A stretch of DNA of 61,693 nucleotides from Cyanophora paradoxa CCMP329 (Eukaryota; Plantae; Glaucophyta), in contig QPMI01000153.1 of the NCBI GenBank assembly GCA_004431415.1, positions 1 to 61,693 on the forward strand. The letters are read 5' to 3'. Positions 11,487 through 22,095 of the stretch are shown piece by piece; position 1 is the first letter of the stretch, and every line of letters starts with the position of its first letter. The notes under the pieces were generated by a model, which worked only from the letters and a program-made list of their open reading frames with translations, was not told where the DNA came from and did no database searches. Both the position numbers and the translations under genes were made by a program.

Positions 11487-11789
11487 GCTGCTGCCGCCGA
11501 TGCTGCCGCCGGTGCTGCGCGCGCTCTGCTGGGAGTGCTGCGCGCGCTGCGAAGGTTCTGGCGCCAAGTTCCCAGCCGATTTGAACGAGCGGCCTGCATT
11601 GCATCGCCGGACTGGGCAGTCAAAAAAAAGCGAGAAACCGACCGGGGTTCGAGCCCAAGGGGGGTACGCATTTTGAGGGGGGGGAAGCGGGCTTCAAGTC
11701 TGAGTCTTCGCGAGTTGGGGAGGGAACAAGCCAGCGGGGTACGACGTTGAACGGAATCCGTTGAGACATCGCGGGCAGTAACACTCGCG

Positions 11790-14700
11790 ATGCAGGCGGC
11801 GACCTTCCGCTCGTGCGCGAAGCAGCAGCAGCCCGGCGAGCAGGACAGCATAGCCCGCGATCTCGGCAGCCTGTCGGCGGAGGAGGCGCTCAACGCGATG
11901 ACCTGCGATAGCGTGTTCAACTCGGCCGGCGTGCCGCGCTTCGAGCCGTTCGGCGGGCTGAAGAAGATCCAGAACACGGACGGCCACCCGAAGCGCTTGA
12001 AGACCAAGGGCCAGTTCACGCCGGTGAATAAGTTCAACGAGGTTCGCGGTTTCGCCCGCACCGCTTCGGCCCCGGCTCACATGCCCGGCTCGCGTGCCCC
12101 GCGCGCAGATCGTGCCTTACAGCATTCACGAGCTGCCGGAGCATGTGAAGGCGAAGTACGGCTTCACGCACGGCGATGTGGCGCTGTTGCTGATGTCCGA
12201 CAATGCGGCGGCGGGCTGCTTCAACAGCATCGCGCTCCATCGCGATTTCCATCCGCGCGCGATCTTCTCCGGCACTCCGGAGCAGAAGGAGTTCTCGCGG
12301 ACCTCAAATCCGGCAGCGGCGGCGCCCACGGGGTGAGGGCCCTTCCCTGCGCTCGCGTGCCCGCGCTTGCTCACGCGCGGGCCGCTGCAGCTCTTGATCG
12401 CGCGGGATCAGTGCCTGGCGTCGGTGACGGAGAAGGAGAAGGCCAGCCCGTCCGGCCTCGGCGTTCGGTGCGATTACGTCATCGTCACCAAGCGCATCAA
12501 CCCGACGTACGCCAAGAAGTACGACCTCAACTTCGTCTACGTGAAGGAGGGGCCGCCGGCCTCGCAGTACACCGTCACCGTCCAGGCCGGCATCTGCGCC
12601 GGCGAGACCATCCAAGGCGCGTACCACGGCGTCGGCACGCTCCCGTCCGGCGGCTTCTTCGACGTCGTTGATCACATGTTCCTCTCCTGCGCCGATGACA
12701 TTTACGTGCGCGAGAGCCCGCCCTTTCCCCTTTCCCCTGCCCTGCGCGCGCTAAGGTCGCGTCCGCAGGTCGGGGAGAACCGAGCGCGGAGAGCCCGCTG
12801 GGCTACGCGTACTGGCTGGTCAGCGTGCAGAAGGTGCTCTCCTGCGCGGCCCTTCTGAAGTACGCCAGCGTCTGCGACTCCGGCATGCGGCCCCAGCTCC
12901 AGCTTCTCGTGGATCAGGGCCGGAGCGACGAGACCCGCCAGCGCCACCGCGATCTCGCGCGGACGGCCGTGCTGAAGCTGGAGGAGGTTCTGCGCGAGGG
13001 CCACCAAACGGGCCGGCCCGCGCCCGTGAGATCCTCTCGGCGGCCATCTCCGTGATCGTCGGCGAGCTCTCGCACACGGTCCGCCGCCGCCCCGCTTAGC
13101 CCGCCTCTCCTCCCTGACCCGGGCCCTCGGAGCGCAGGAGGAGTCGGACGTTCTCACGGCGCGGGCGGACGAGTTCCAGCGCCAGGCGGAGAAGATCAAG
13201 TGCTGGTACGAGAAGGTGAAGAAGGCGGAGGAGACGGACCTGCGCGACTGGGGCAGCAAGAGCGGCGACGCCGAATTCGACCGCGACAAGCTCAAGCGCG
13301 TCTTCTTCTGGATGCGCATCTGCGCCAAGCTGGAGGCGCTGATGGACGAGTGGCACATCGAGGGCGTCCGTCTGGCGAAGGCGATGATCGCCATGGAGTG
13401 GGCCACGGCCACCCGGCGCGCAAGGAGTGCAGCATGCTGGCCAAGGAGATCGGCCGCCGGGGCCGCTACATCAAGGAGGTGGCCTACGGCATCGAATGTG
13501 CGTCCGCCCCGCCCTTGGCCTGCGCCCCGCCCTTGGCCTGCGCCCCGCGCTCTCCCGCTCACCCCCTCTCCCGCAGTTACCATCCCGCTCGTCCAATTCT
13601 TCCAGCGCGAGTTTGTGCTGATCCAGGCCTCCATCATCAAGATCGGGTCGCTCTCCGCCAAGGAGGTGGACGAGGCAAGGGACGAGGGCCAGGCGGAGGC
13701 GGAGGCGCGCTGGGACGATGCGGCGTTCAGCGCCGTCTGGGGCGTCGGGGACAACGCGCTCTCGCCCCCGCCCCGTTCGGCTTCAGCGGGCGGCCCGCGC
13801 TGGCGTTCGACGAGCACGGCCTCCCCGAGCTGGCGGAGGCGGACGCCGTCGGCTTCAACTGGGCGACGTTCGAGGCCCGCATCGACGAGAAGGCGAAGGA
13901 GGCGCAGATGCGGCTGCTGGAGGAGGCCTCGTCCCGGCGCCGGTGCCCGCGCCCTTCCCCCTTCCTCTCCTCCTCGGCCCCTCTCACCGCCTCCTCCAGC
14001 CCCCGGCGTCCTCGGCTCCGGCGCCCTTGGCTCCGGCGCCCTCGCCCCGGCCCTCTGCCCCACCTACGGAGAGAGGTGCGCCCACGGCGCCGATTGCGCC
14101 CTCAACGGCTCCCACCTCCTGCCCGCCAAGAAGGCCCGCCTCGGCCTCTTCTCACCCCACCCTCTCAGCCCGGTGAGTGACTCTGAATCGGAGGGCTCGG
14201 AGGCCTATAGCACGCCCCGCGACCCGACGCCCCGCCCACAAGGCCGGCGCCTTCGGCTTCTGTGAGTGACGCCCCGCGCAGGCCCTGCCGACGCCGCCCG
14301 TCGCCAACCGCACCGTCTTCGTCCAGGTGAGTGCCAGGGCTGCCGCGAGTGGCGGCTCGAGAACTTCTCGGCTCAGGTCCCCGCCACGCAGCAGGCCGGC
14401 GCGATCCGGCCTCGCCGCCCGTGACCGTCGACGTCGAGGGCGGTATGTTCGAGATGGAGCTGGAGCCGGCGCCCTCGCAGGCCCTCGCCACCCAGGGCTC
14501 GGCCCGGGCTCGCCGCCGCCGTCCCAGCCTCCTCCCGCTGGTGCACGCCAACTCCAACATCTTCGAGGGCTGCTGAGGCCCTGAAACGGTGCGCGCAGGC
14601 CCGTCCCGCCCTCCCAGAGCAAGTGGTCCACAACGCCATAGTGGACGCCATGTGGGATAACAGGGGCCGCCTCCCCACCCTTCCGCTACGTCTCTATGGC

Positions 14701-14800
14701 CCTCCGCGGCCTCGCCTTCCCGCCCCCCTGCACCGAGCAGCTCAACCAAATCCTGCGCGGTCTGATTCATTACAGACTCGCCTACCCGGCCTGGGCCTGA
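11790..14800 (+). CDS. Large hypothetical multi-exon protein within the element
   Basis: Successive coding-like exons (MQAATFRSC..., IVPYSIHELPEH..., CDYVIVTKRINPTY..., KRVFFWMRICAKLE...) bounded by GT..AG; 3' end uncertain. Confidence 0.5.
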
Positions 14801-14904
14801 GCTACACCAAGCTACGGTGAGTCCGACCAAGCCCTGTCCCGGGTCCCGGGAAAATTTATATTAAGATTCCAAAGACCTGGACAGAAGTAGTCTGACCAAG
14901 AGAC

Positions 14905-14955
14905 GTGTCCGGACCCTCCCAATAATCATATAGAGTATTGGAAAGGTCCGGACAC
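14905..14955. terminator. Stem-loop between convergent genes
   Basis: GTGTCCGGACC...CCAATA..TATTGG...GGTCCGGACAC abutting the YqaJ stop codon. Confidence 0.5.
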
Positions 14956-15620
14956 TAGAGGAGGGCGTACGACTTAAACTCGCGCAGCGCCGCCTGCTCC
15001 TCGCTGAGGTTCTCTGACTTCATTCGATCGCTGTAGGGCTCGGGCGGCGTGCCCTCCTTGACGTGCATCCAAAATAGATGTAAGCACTTCCTCATGAGCT
15101 TGATGTACCTCTCGTCCCGTCTGACGTACCACGTTTGCACGCGCAGAGGAGTGAAGCAAAAAAGTTCGGCCCACTCGCGGCCCGTTATGTCCAGCAGGCC
15201 CTGGAGCTGGGGCATGTAATAAGTTGGGACCTTTTCGTAGAGTTCTTGTTTGTAGGGGCATTTTATTTCAAGTATACGATCGCTTCCAATCAGCCCGTCC
15301 GGGCTGCCCGCCAGGAAGGGCAGTTCCTTATGTTCGTGCAATCCAGTATGTTGCACGTCCACGTTGTTGTTCGACGTTTTGTAGAGAGAGACCGCGAAGG
15401 GCTCATAGTCATGCCCGTAGGTTAGCGCAGGGTTGTCGAAGTTGTTTTCCTCCGCTATGCCGCTTAGCTCCGCCCAGAGGCGGGCCCTGGATTTCCAGGG
15501 ATTTATGCCGCACGCAGCCGCAAAGTTCGAGGCAGTTAGCTTTTCGCGGCGCGCCGCGTGCCACGCCGCGCTCCCCTGTTGCAAGTTCTCGCAAGTCTCG
15601 CAATCTGTATCGGTATGCAT
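14955..15620 (-). CDS. YqaJ-like viral recombinase / lambda-exonuclease family nuclease
   Basis: QGSAAWHAARREKLTAS, YGHDYEP, FLAGSPDGLI, LEIKCPY and YYMPQLQGLL motifs. Intact, intronless and lower GC. Confidence 0.93.
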   Translation of the reverse strand: MHTDTDCETCENLQQGSAAWHAARREKLTASNFAAACGINPWKSRARLWAELSGIAEENNFDNPALTYGHDYEPFAVSLYKTSNNNVDVQHTGLHEHKELPFLAGSPDGLIGSDRILEIKCPYKQELYEKVPTYYMPQLQGLLDITGREWAELFCFTPLRVQTWYVRRDERYIKLMRKCLHLFWMHVKEGTPPEPYSDRMKSENLSEEQAALREFKSYALL

Positions 15621-15670
15621 GACTTGGTCTCGCAGTAGCGTTTAGAATTTCTTGATGTGTGCAATTGCAA

Positions 15671-16375
15671 ATGTCGGATGCAGAGGAAGCGCCCAAGGAC
15701 GTGATCGCACAGTTCATAGATCAGGTCAAGGACCTTAGACGCTGGGTGGTAGAGCAGGCCTCGCGACCGAATCGACAGCGCCAACCCTGGCCGGTGCTGG
15801 AGCTGGCCCGGGCAGGGTGGCTGGACAGCCATTACAACTATGGCGGGGCCTCATACGTCCGGAGCCACGACGAGGGCAGGATTATCGACGAGTTCAAGCG
15901 CATCTGGTTCGCCCTGGGCTCCAAGCTCAGCATACTCTCGACCCTCCGGACCACATTCGCATGCAAATCCTCGAGCGGTACGCGAAGGCAAGGGACTCGG
16001 AATGGGACGACGTAAATTTGCGCGACCTCTCGCGCTTGCGCTCGGCTGTGACGGCGTACGTCACGAACTATGAGTATCACACCAAAAAGCCCCAATTCGA
16101 AGTTGAGCCGATTCCGGCAAATCTGGTACCCCTGGGCTGGGAAGAGTACCCGAGTACTCGTGGAACAGGGGCCTCAACCCCCGGCGCCAGGCCCTGCCAG
16201 CCCCGCCCGCCCCACCGATAAACGCCCCCGCCCACGTGACGTCGGGCGAGACATACGCGAATGGGAGGAGTGGAGCAACGACCCGAAGAACTGGCTACCC
16301 GAGGAGGCGGAGATGCGCAAGCGCGCGAGGCTGATGCCCGGCTACAAGTACCCGACCGCGAGTAGGGGTACAGGT
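15671..16375 (+). CDS. Hypothetical protein, frameshifted
   Basis: Three overlapping coding-like frames starting MSDAEEAPKDVIAQFIDQVKDLRRW. Confidence 0.45.
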
Positions 16376-16401
16376 AGAAATTCTCAGCGAGCCGCGAGCG
16401 A

Positions 16402-17115
16402 ATGTCGTACGGCGATCAGGAAGCATGGTTCAAGCTACACCGCCTCTTTCCTGATAAATTCGGCAATGCGCGCTACCCCTCAACCTAATGACGCGAGTCA
16501 ACCGGCGGACGAGGGACTTCAAAATCGAAGTGTTCTCTTCCTCTCCCGAGAGCGGCCGCTCCGCGGACAACGACGCTATGGCATGGCTGTACGGCTTTGT
16601 GCAGCCTCGGGTTGGTACTAGCCCGGCCACAGTCGAAATAGAGAGCTACTACAACGATTACGGGCCGCAGGGGGGTACGGGACGCCCGAGCAGAATAACG
16701 CGATGCGGGGGTAGGCAAAATCATGCTGCGGGCGGCTGTGAACGCGCTGCAACGCTCCGGGCTCATTAGCTCGTCGGACCCGGGCCAGCACCCGTTGGAG
16801 CTCAGGGCCCTCCCAGACGCAGTGGATTACTACCAAAGGGAATTGAACCTGCGTGAGAGACAGGTCGACTATAGGCCGTCCCTAATACCCATGGAGGGTA
16901 CAGTGCAGAACATCATCGACAACACGTACAACGTGGCCGTTCGCTGGCGCAAAGCGGCGGCGGATCTCGTAAAGGGCAACTACAGGGACCTCGCAAACGA
17001 AGACAACCCCGTGGGGGAGTACATGGAGCTGGCAAGCGGGAGCATCGTACCCCGCCGGAGGCCCCCATGGCCCCACCCCGACCTCGAGTGGGGACCGTCT
17101 CACTTCGGCCAGTGA
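16402..17115 (+). CDS. GNAT-fold acetyltransferase-like protein, frameshifted
   Basis: (R)GVGKIMLRAAVNAL matches motif A and LELRALPDAVDYYQREL matches motif B. Confidence 0.55.
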
Positions 17116-17399
17116 GGGGGTACAGCATTCAGTTAGAGTCTGAGCATAGTTAGAGGCCGGAGGCCCCGAGGGGTACGTCGGACGTGTTAGTCCCCGTGCC
17201 TCCCCGAATGCAATATAACAATGCAACCTCCGCAACGCGTGACTCATCAACCTCCGAGGGTTAACAATACATTGACAGCGAAGGGGCAAGCTCGAGAGCT
17301 CAACGCTTCACAAAGGCCCACCTATATACTTGCCGCAGTGCAAGGCACTGTGACAAGCTAAAAGTGCACGGGGTGAAAATTTCGCATTGCAAATTGCCA

Positions 17400-18340
17400 C
17401 AACACACGTGTACGAGTTATTCCAAAATTCAGCTTAAAAAGCTTGAGCTTCAGCTCAGCCGCTGAGCTGCGGCTGCCTCAAGCCTTGAAGCCGCTGAGCG
17501 GCAGGGCGCCGGCTTACTAGATTAACGTTAGTACTGATCATGACCACCCGCGCCGAGATCATGATCATGACCGTCGGACGCGCCGAGATCAATGACTGAT
17601 CTTGACTCTTTCAAGTTTGCGCATGCGCATGCTATCTGAACACTTCATGATCATCACAGAAAAGCTCGCAATTGCAAATGCAATTGGCAATTGCAGCTGC
17701 TGCACGCATGCAAGCTTAAGCTGCCGCAGTGCAGTTGTCACAATGTAATTTGTATGGTCCGATGGTCACTAATTATAACTAGTAATCACAAGCATGATCA
17801 TGATCATGATCCGAAGTTCAACTTTGTGTAATTGGAAACTCTGATCATCATCATGGCATGGCATCATGGCATGATCATGACATGTAATTATATCGGGCGA
17901 AACTTGAAAGCTAATTATATGTATAAGCCTTCAAGGCTTGAAGTCAAATAAGTCTCATGATCATGTGATCACTGAGCCCGGAGTCATGATCATGATCAGC
18001 TGCAGAGTCTGGGAAGCCTTGATCATGAAGCCTTGCTTCAAGATTCAATGATTGCAATTGATGAAGCCAGCTTGAACTTCCGAAGTTCGGAAGCCTCGCG
18101 ATATATCATATGCATGAAGCGGCCTTGATCATGAAGGCTGAATTTGAAGCTCGATATATATATATATATATATATAATAATTACATAACTATATATAGCT
18201 ATAGCTTTATATGTATACCTACATGTAGAAGCTAGCGCTTCGACTAGCTCTCGCGGCGATCGAATTCCGGTCCGAAACTAACACGTACTCGTAATTTTAA
18301 ACTTGAAACTTTGCATATGCATTTCGAGTTCGAAATTTAA
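17400..18340. repeat. AT-rich low-complexity tract built of short palindromes (TGATCA/TCATGA/AAGCTT/GCATGC, (TA)n)
   Basis: Directly visible; no ORFs in the ORF track. Confidence 0.8.
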
Positions 18341-18560
18341 AGCCCTTTTTTGTGACGGGGGTACAGTGACAAGGGTTGTTTGCGAAGAGAACGAACAAGA
18401 AAGGGCGAGCGCTAGCACTGTGATTAACTATAGCTAGTGAGCTACAAGCGATTTTGCAGCCCTGATACTTCGACTCCGAACTCTGCCACTGGGCTACAGA
18501 TTAGCTGGCAGCCCCATCGTCGAGCACCTGGCCGATCGGTCGCCTACTACAGGTCGCTGA

Positions 18561-21500
18561 ATGAGACCTGGTGCGCCCTACCGCTACGTACGCGTGGCAG
18601 AACTCGCTGCTGAAACTGCCGCAGGGTCAGCTGCCGCCACGGCGGCGGGGCAGAGCAAAGGCCAGCCAGCAGGCGCCCCTGCATCAGCAGGGCCCCCAAA
18701 GCAACAGGCGGCGCCGCTGCCGGATTTGGGTTTCAAGGTTTCCGATCCGGTGGAGGCCGCCGGCCTGGATGTTTTTCTTGCACGCTGCAGAGATTCGAAC
18801 GAACAACCAAGCAGAGAAGAGGGTAGGTGCAGCACGCAACAATAAGCGACGGTGACGCTCGGCACAGGGGTGCGCTTTCGGGCCCTTTTTGTGCAGAACT
18901 TCGGCGACAAGGTCGTGAAGCTGCGGAATGCGCGGCTTGGCGTCAACGGCGCCTCTGCTGTCGTCCGCGTCATCAAGAATAAGTGCGCGGGGGGCGGGGT
19001 GTGGGGTCGCGCCCGGGGGCCGACGGGGGGCGGCCGCCCCGCAGGTCGCAGCTTGAGCGGCTGGACCTGTACCAGAACAACATGAGGGACACTGGGATCG
19101 CGTATATGTGCCAGTTCCTGTCGGTGCCGAGCACGCCGTGCGCGGCCAAGCTCCGCGCCGTCAACTTCGGCTGGTGCTCCTCCGTCCGGGTCGCATCCTC
19201 GCTCTCCTGCTTACGCGCGGCCTTTCGCCGTCGTCGCACCTAAGCAACGACGCCGGTGACGACGCCGGCCAGGCCATCGCCCAGTTCATCGCCCAGAGCC
19301 CGGTAGCGCCGGCCCGGCCCCCGCCCCGCCCCAGCCGACGCCCCTCGGCAGACGCTCGCCTCGGTGGAGCTGGGGAGCCAGGCGGAGCACCGGATCGCGG
19401 TGCGGGCGGCGGCGCTGCTTGGCGGGGCTGGGGCCGAGGGGCGCGGGGCGCAGAACCACATCACGCGGCGGGGCCTGGACTACATCGCGCGGGCCCTCGT
19501 CGACCACCCCTCCCTCGAGCACCTCGGCCTCGCGCGCACCCCGCCCGCCCCGCCCCGCCCCCCACGTGACGCGAGGCAGAACCGGAACGCGCTGGGGGCC
19601 GGCGAGTCGAGCATCGACGGCCAGTTCGTCCTCGCGCAGGCCCTCCAGGCGCGCCCCGCCGGCCCCCGGCGCCCCGCGGGGGACCTGAAGGTGGCGCAGC
19701 GGAACTCGTCGCTGACGTCGCTGGCGGTGGGCTGGGCGGGCCTCGGGGCGGCGGAGGCGCTGGACATGGCGGAGGTGCTCCTGCGGGACAACCGCACCCT
19801 CGCCACCCTCCTCCTCTCCGGCAACAAGCTCAACCCGCAAGTCGGTCCGCCGCCGCCTTCCCCCCGGGGGCGGGGGCGGGGCGCGGGGTGACGGGGGGGC
19901 AGGGGCGGCGCTGGGGCAGGTGGTGCGTGTGAACGGCGCGCTGCGGGCCCTCCACCTCGCCGAGACGGGCCTCGGCGTCCGTGGCCTCGGGCCCCTCGCC
20001 GCCGCCCTCAAGGCCCGCCCCCGCCCGCCGCCGCCCCCCCGGCCCCGCTCACGCCCCCGCAGGAGCCCATGTGCGGCCTCACGACCCTCGACCTGGAGGC
20101 GTGCGGGATCGAGACGCAGGGGTGCGGCCGGCGCCGCTGTGGCGGGGCCGGCGCCGACGGTGCGCAGGGCGGCTGAGCTGGCGGAGGCGCTGGGGGAGAA
20201 CCGGACGCTGACGGCGCTGAACGTGTCTGGGAACAACATCCAGCCCGACGGCGGCGTCGCCCTCGCGCGCGCCCTCGCCCGCAACCCCGTCCTCGCCTCC
20301 CTCTCCGCCAACAGCAACTCCCTTCGGTGCGCGCCGCCCCCGGGGCCCGCCACGCCGGCCGGCGGCCGAGGCCGGCGCGCAGGGACTCGACCGCGCAGGA
20401 GCTCGCCGCGGCGCTCGCCACGCCGGGCTGCGTCCTCTCCCACGTGCCCCCCCCGCGCCCCGCGGCCCCGGCGCGAGGGCTCACGGGGCGGCAGCTGGAG
20501 CTGAGCTCGTGCAAGATCGGGGACGCGGGGGCGGTGGCGCTGGCGGCGGGGGCGGCGAAGGGCGGCTCGCTGGTGGTGCTGAAGCTGCGGGACAACTTCG
20601 TGACGCAGGGGAACGCGCGGGCCCTCCTCGACGCCCTCGAGCCGGCCACCAACCTCTCCACCATCGACGCCCGCCCCGCCCCGCCCGCCCCCGCCCCGCC
20701 CCCGCCCCCGCCTGACGCCCGTGCAGCTGCGGGGCAACCAGCTCGACTTCGCCACGCTGAGCGGCGTGGACAAGCTCGCGAAGCGCAACTTCTCCAAGGT
20801 CAAGGTGCGCCTGCCGCGGCGGGGCTCCCGCGCAGGCCGCCCGGCCCGACCCGGCGGCAGGCCGCGGAGCCGGAGAAGCTGAAGGACGAGATCGTGCGGC
20901 TCATCCGCGAGAAGGACAAGATCGCCGACGGTGCGGAGGGGCGAGGGGTGGGGCGGGGCGGGCGGGGAGGGGGGCGAGGCGGGGCGGGGGGCGCAGTGGA
21001 GCAGGAGCTGTCGAAGGAGCGGGCGGCGGTGCAGGTGGCGCGGCGGCGGGTGGAGGACACGTACGCGGACATCGAGACGACCAAGGTGGAGGGCGAGATG
21101 CTCGCCCAGGAGGTCGAGCGCCAGACCGCCCAGGCCAAGCTCGCCACCTCCGAGGCCCGCGACAAGTACAAGGCCAAGGCGCCCGCCCCCCGCCCCCGCC
21201 CGCCCCCGCCCCCCTCACGCCCCCCAGATCGACGAGTACGAGAAAGTCCGGGGAGACTACGAGAAACAGTTCAAGGAGCTCCAGCAGATGACCGAGCAGG
21301 AGGAGCGCGTGCGCCCGCGCCGCCCCGCGCCCCGCCCCGCGCGCCGCCCCGGCAGAGCGCCGAGGGGCGAGCAGCAAGAGGAGGAGTTCCTCAAGGGGGT
21401 GGAGCGGGTGGAGGCAGAGACGAAGGAGCTCAAGGCGAGCACGGCGCAGCGGGTGAAGGAGCTGCGGGAGGCGGCGGCGGACGCGAAGCTGAAGAAGGAG

Positions 21501-21699
21501 GAGCTCATCCGGCAGGCCATCCTCCTGCGCGACGAGCTCCAGCGCCTCCGCGAGGAGGCCAAGGCCAAGGAGGCCGCCACCGCCGCCGCCGCCGAGGCCG
21601 CCGCCGCCGCCGCCCTCGCCAAGGCCGCCCCAGCGTCAGCAAGGCGCGGCCCGCTCCGCTCCCGCTCCCCCCTCCCTCCTCCTACCACCTCCCCCTCGC

Positions 21700-21732
<33 letters not shown>

Positions 21733-22095
21733 GCTCACAGCGCCGGCCCCGCAGTCGGTCAAGGTTCAGTCGCCGGACGGGAAGCGAGCATGTGCGCGGG
21801 GCGGGCCTGCTCCGGGACGAGCGGGGTCTGACGGGGTGCGAGCAGCGGCGCCCAAGAACGCGGCAGTGAACTCGATGCTGGCGGCCTCCATCAAGCTCAA
21901 GGCCGAGTCGAGCGCCTCCGGCAAGGCCGAGCGCAGCAAGAAGGCCCGCCCGGTCCCGCCCCCGCACCCCACCCCCCGCCCCGCTGACAGGCGAGGCAGC
22001 TGGCGCAGCTGAACGCGCAAGCCGAGGCGGAGAAGCAGCGGGGCGGCGCGGCGCAGGACGAGGACAACGACGACGTCGAGTACGATGCCGGCTAG
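18561..22095 (+). CDS. RNI-like leucine-rich repeat protein with C-terminal coiled coil, multi-exon
   Basis: LERLDLYQNNMRDTG, LATLLLSGNKL, LTALNVSGNNIQPDGGVALARAL and LELSSCKIGDAGA repeats, followed by E/K-rich heptads. Start approximate. Confidence 0.85.

Larger units (their letters stand above)
1..17150. mobile_element. Putative endogenous dsDNA viral element (Nucleocytoviricota/mriyavirus-like), left end outside window
   Basis: Dense cluster of short ORFs with virus-type homologues (YqaJ, SF3 helicase, SSB-like, DUF5767-like), a shared upstream motif, an inverted-repeat control region and many frameshifts. No housekeeping genes. No capsid or packaging ATPase recognised in the window. Confidence 0.7.

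Noticed and set aside
17150-18400. Telomere, or terminal inverted repeat/TSD of the viral element
   Set aside because: No telomeric tandem unit. The other end of the element is outside the window, so TIRs and TSDs cannot be verified.
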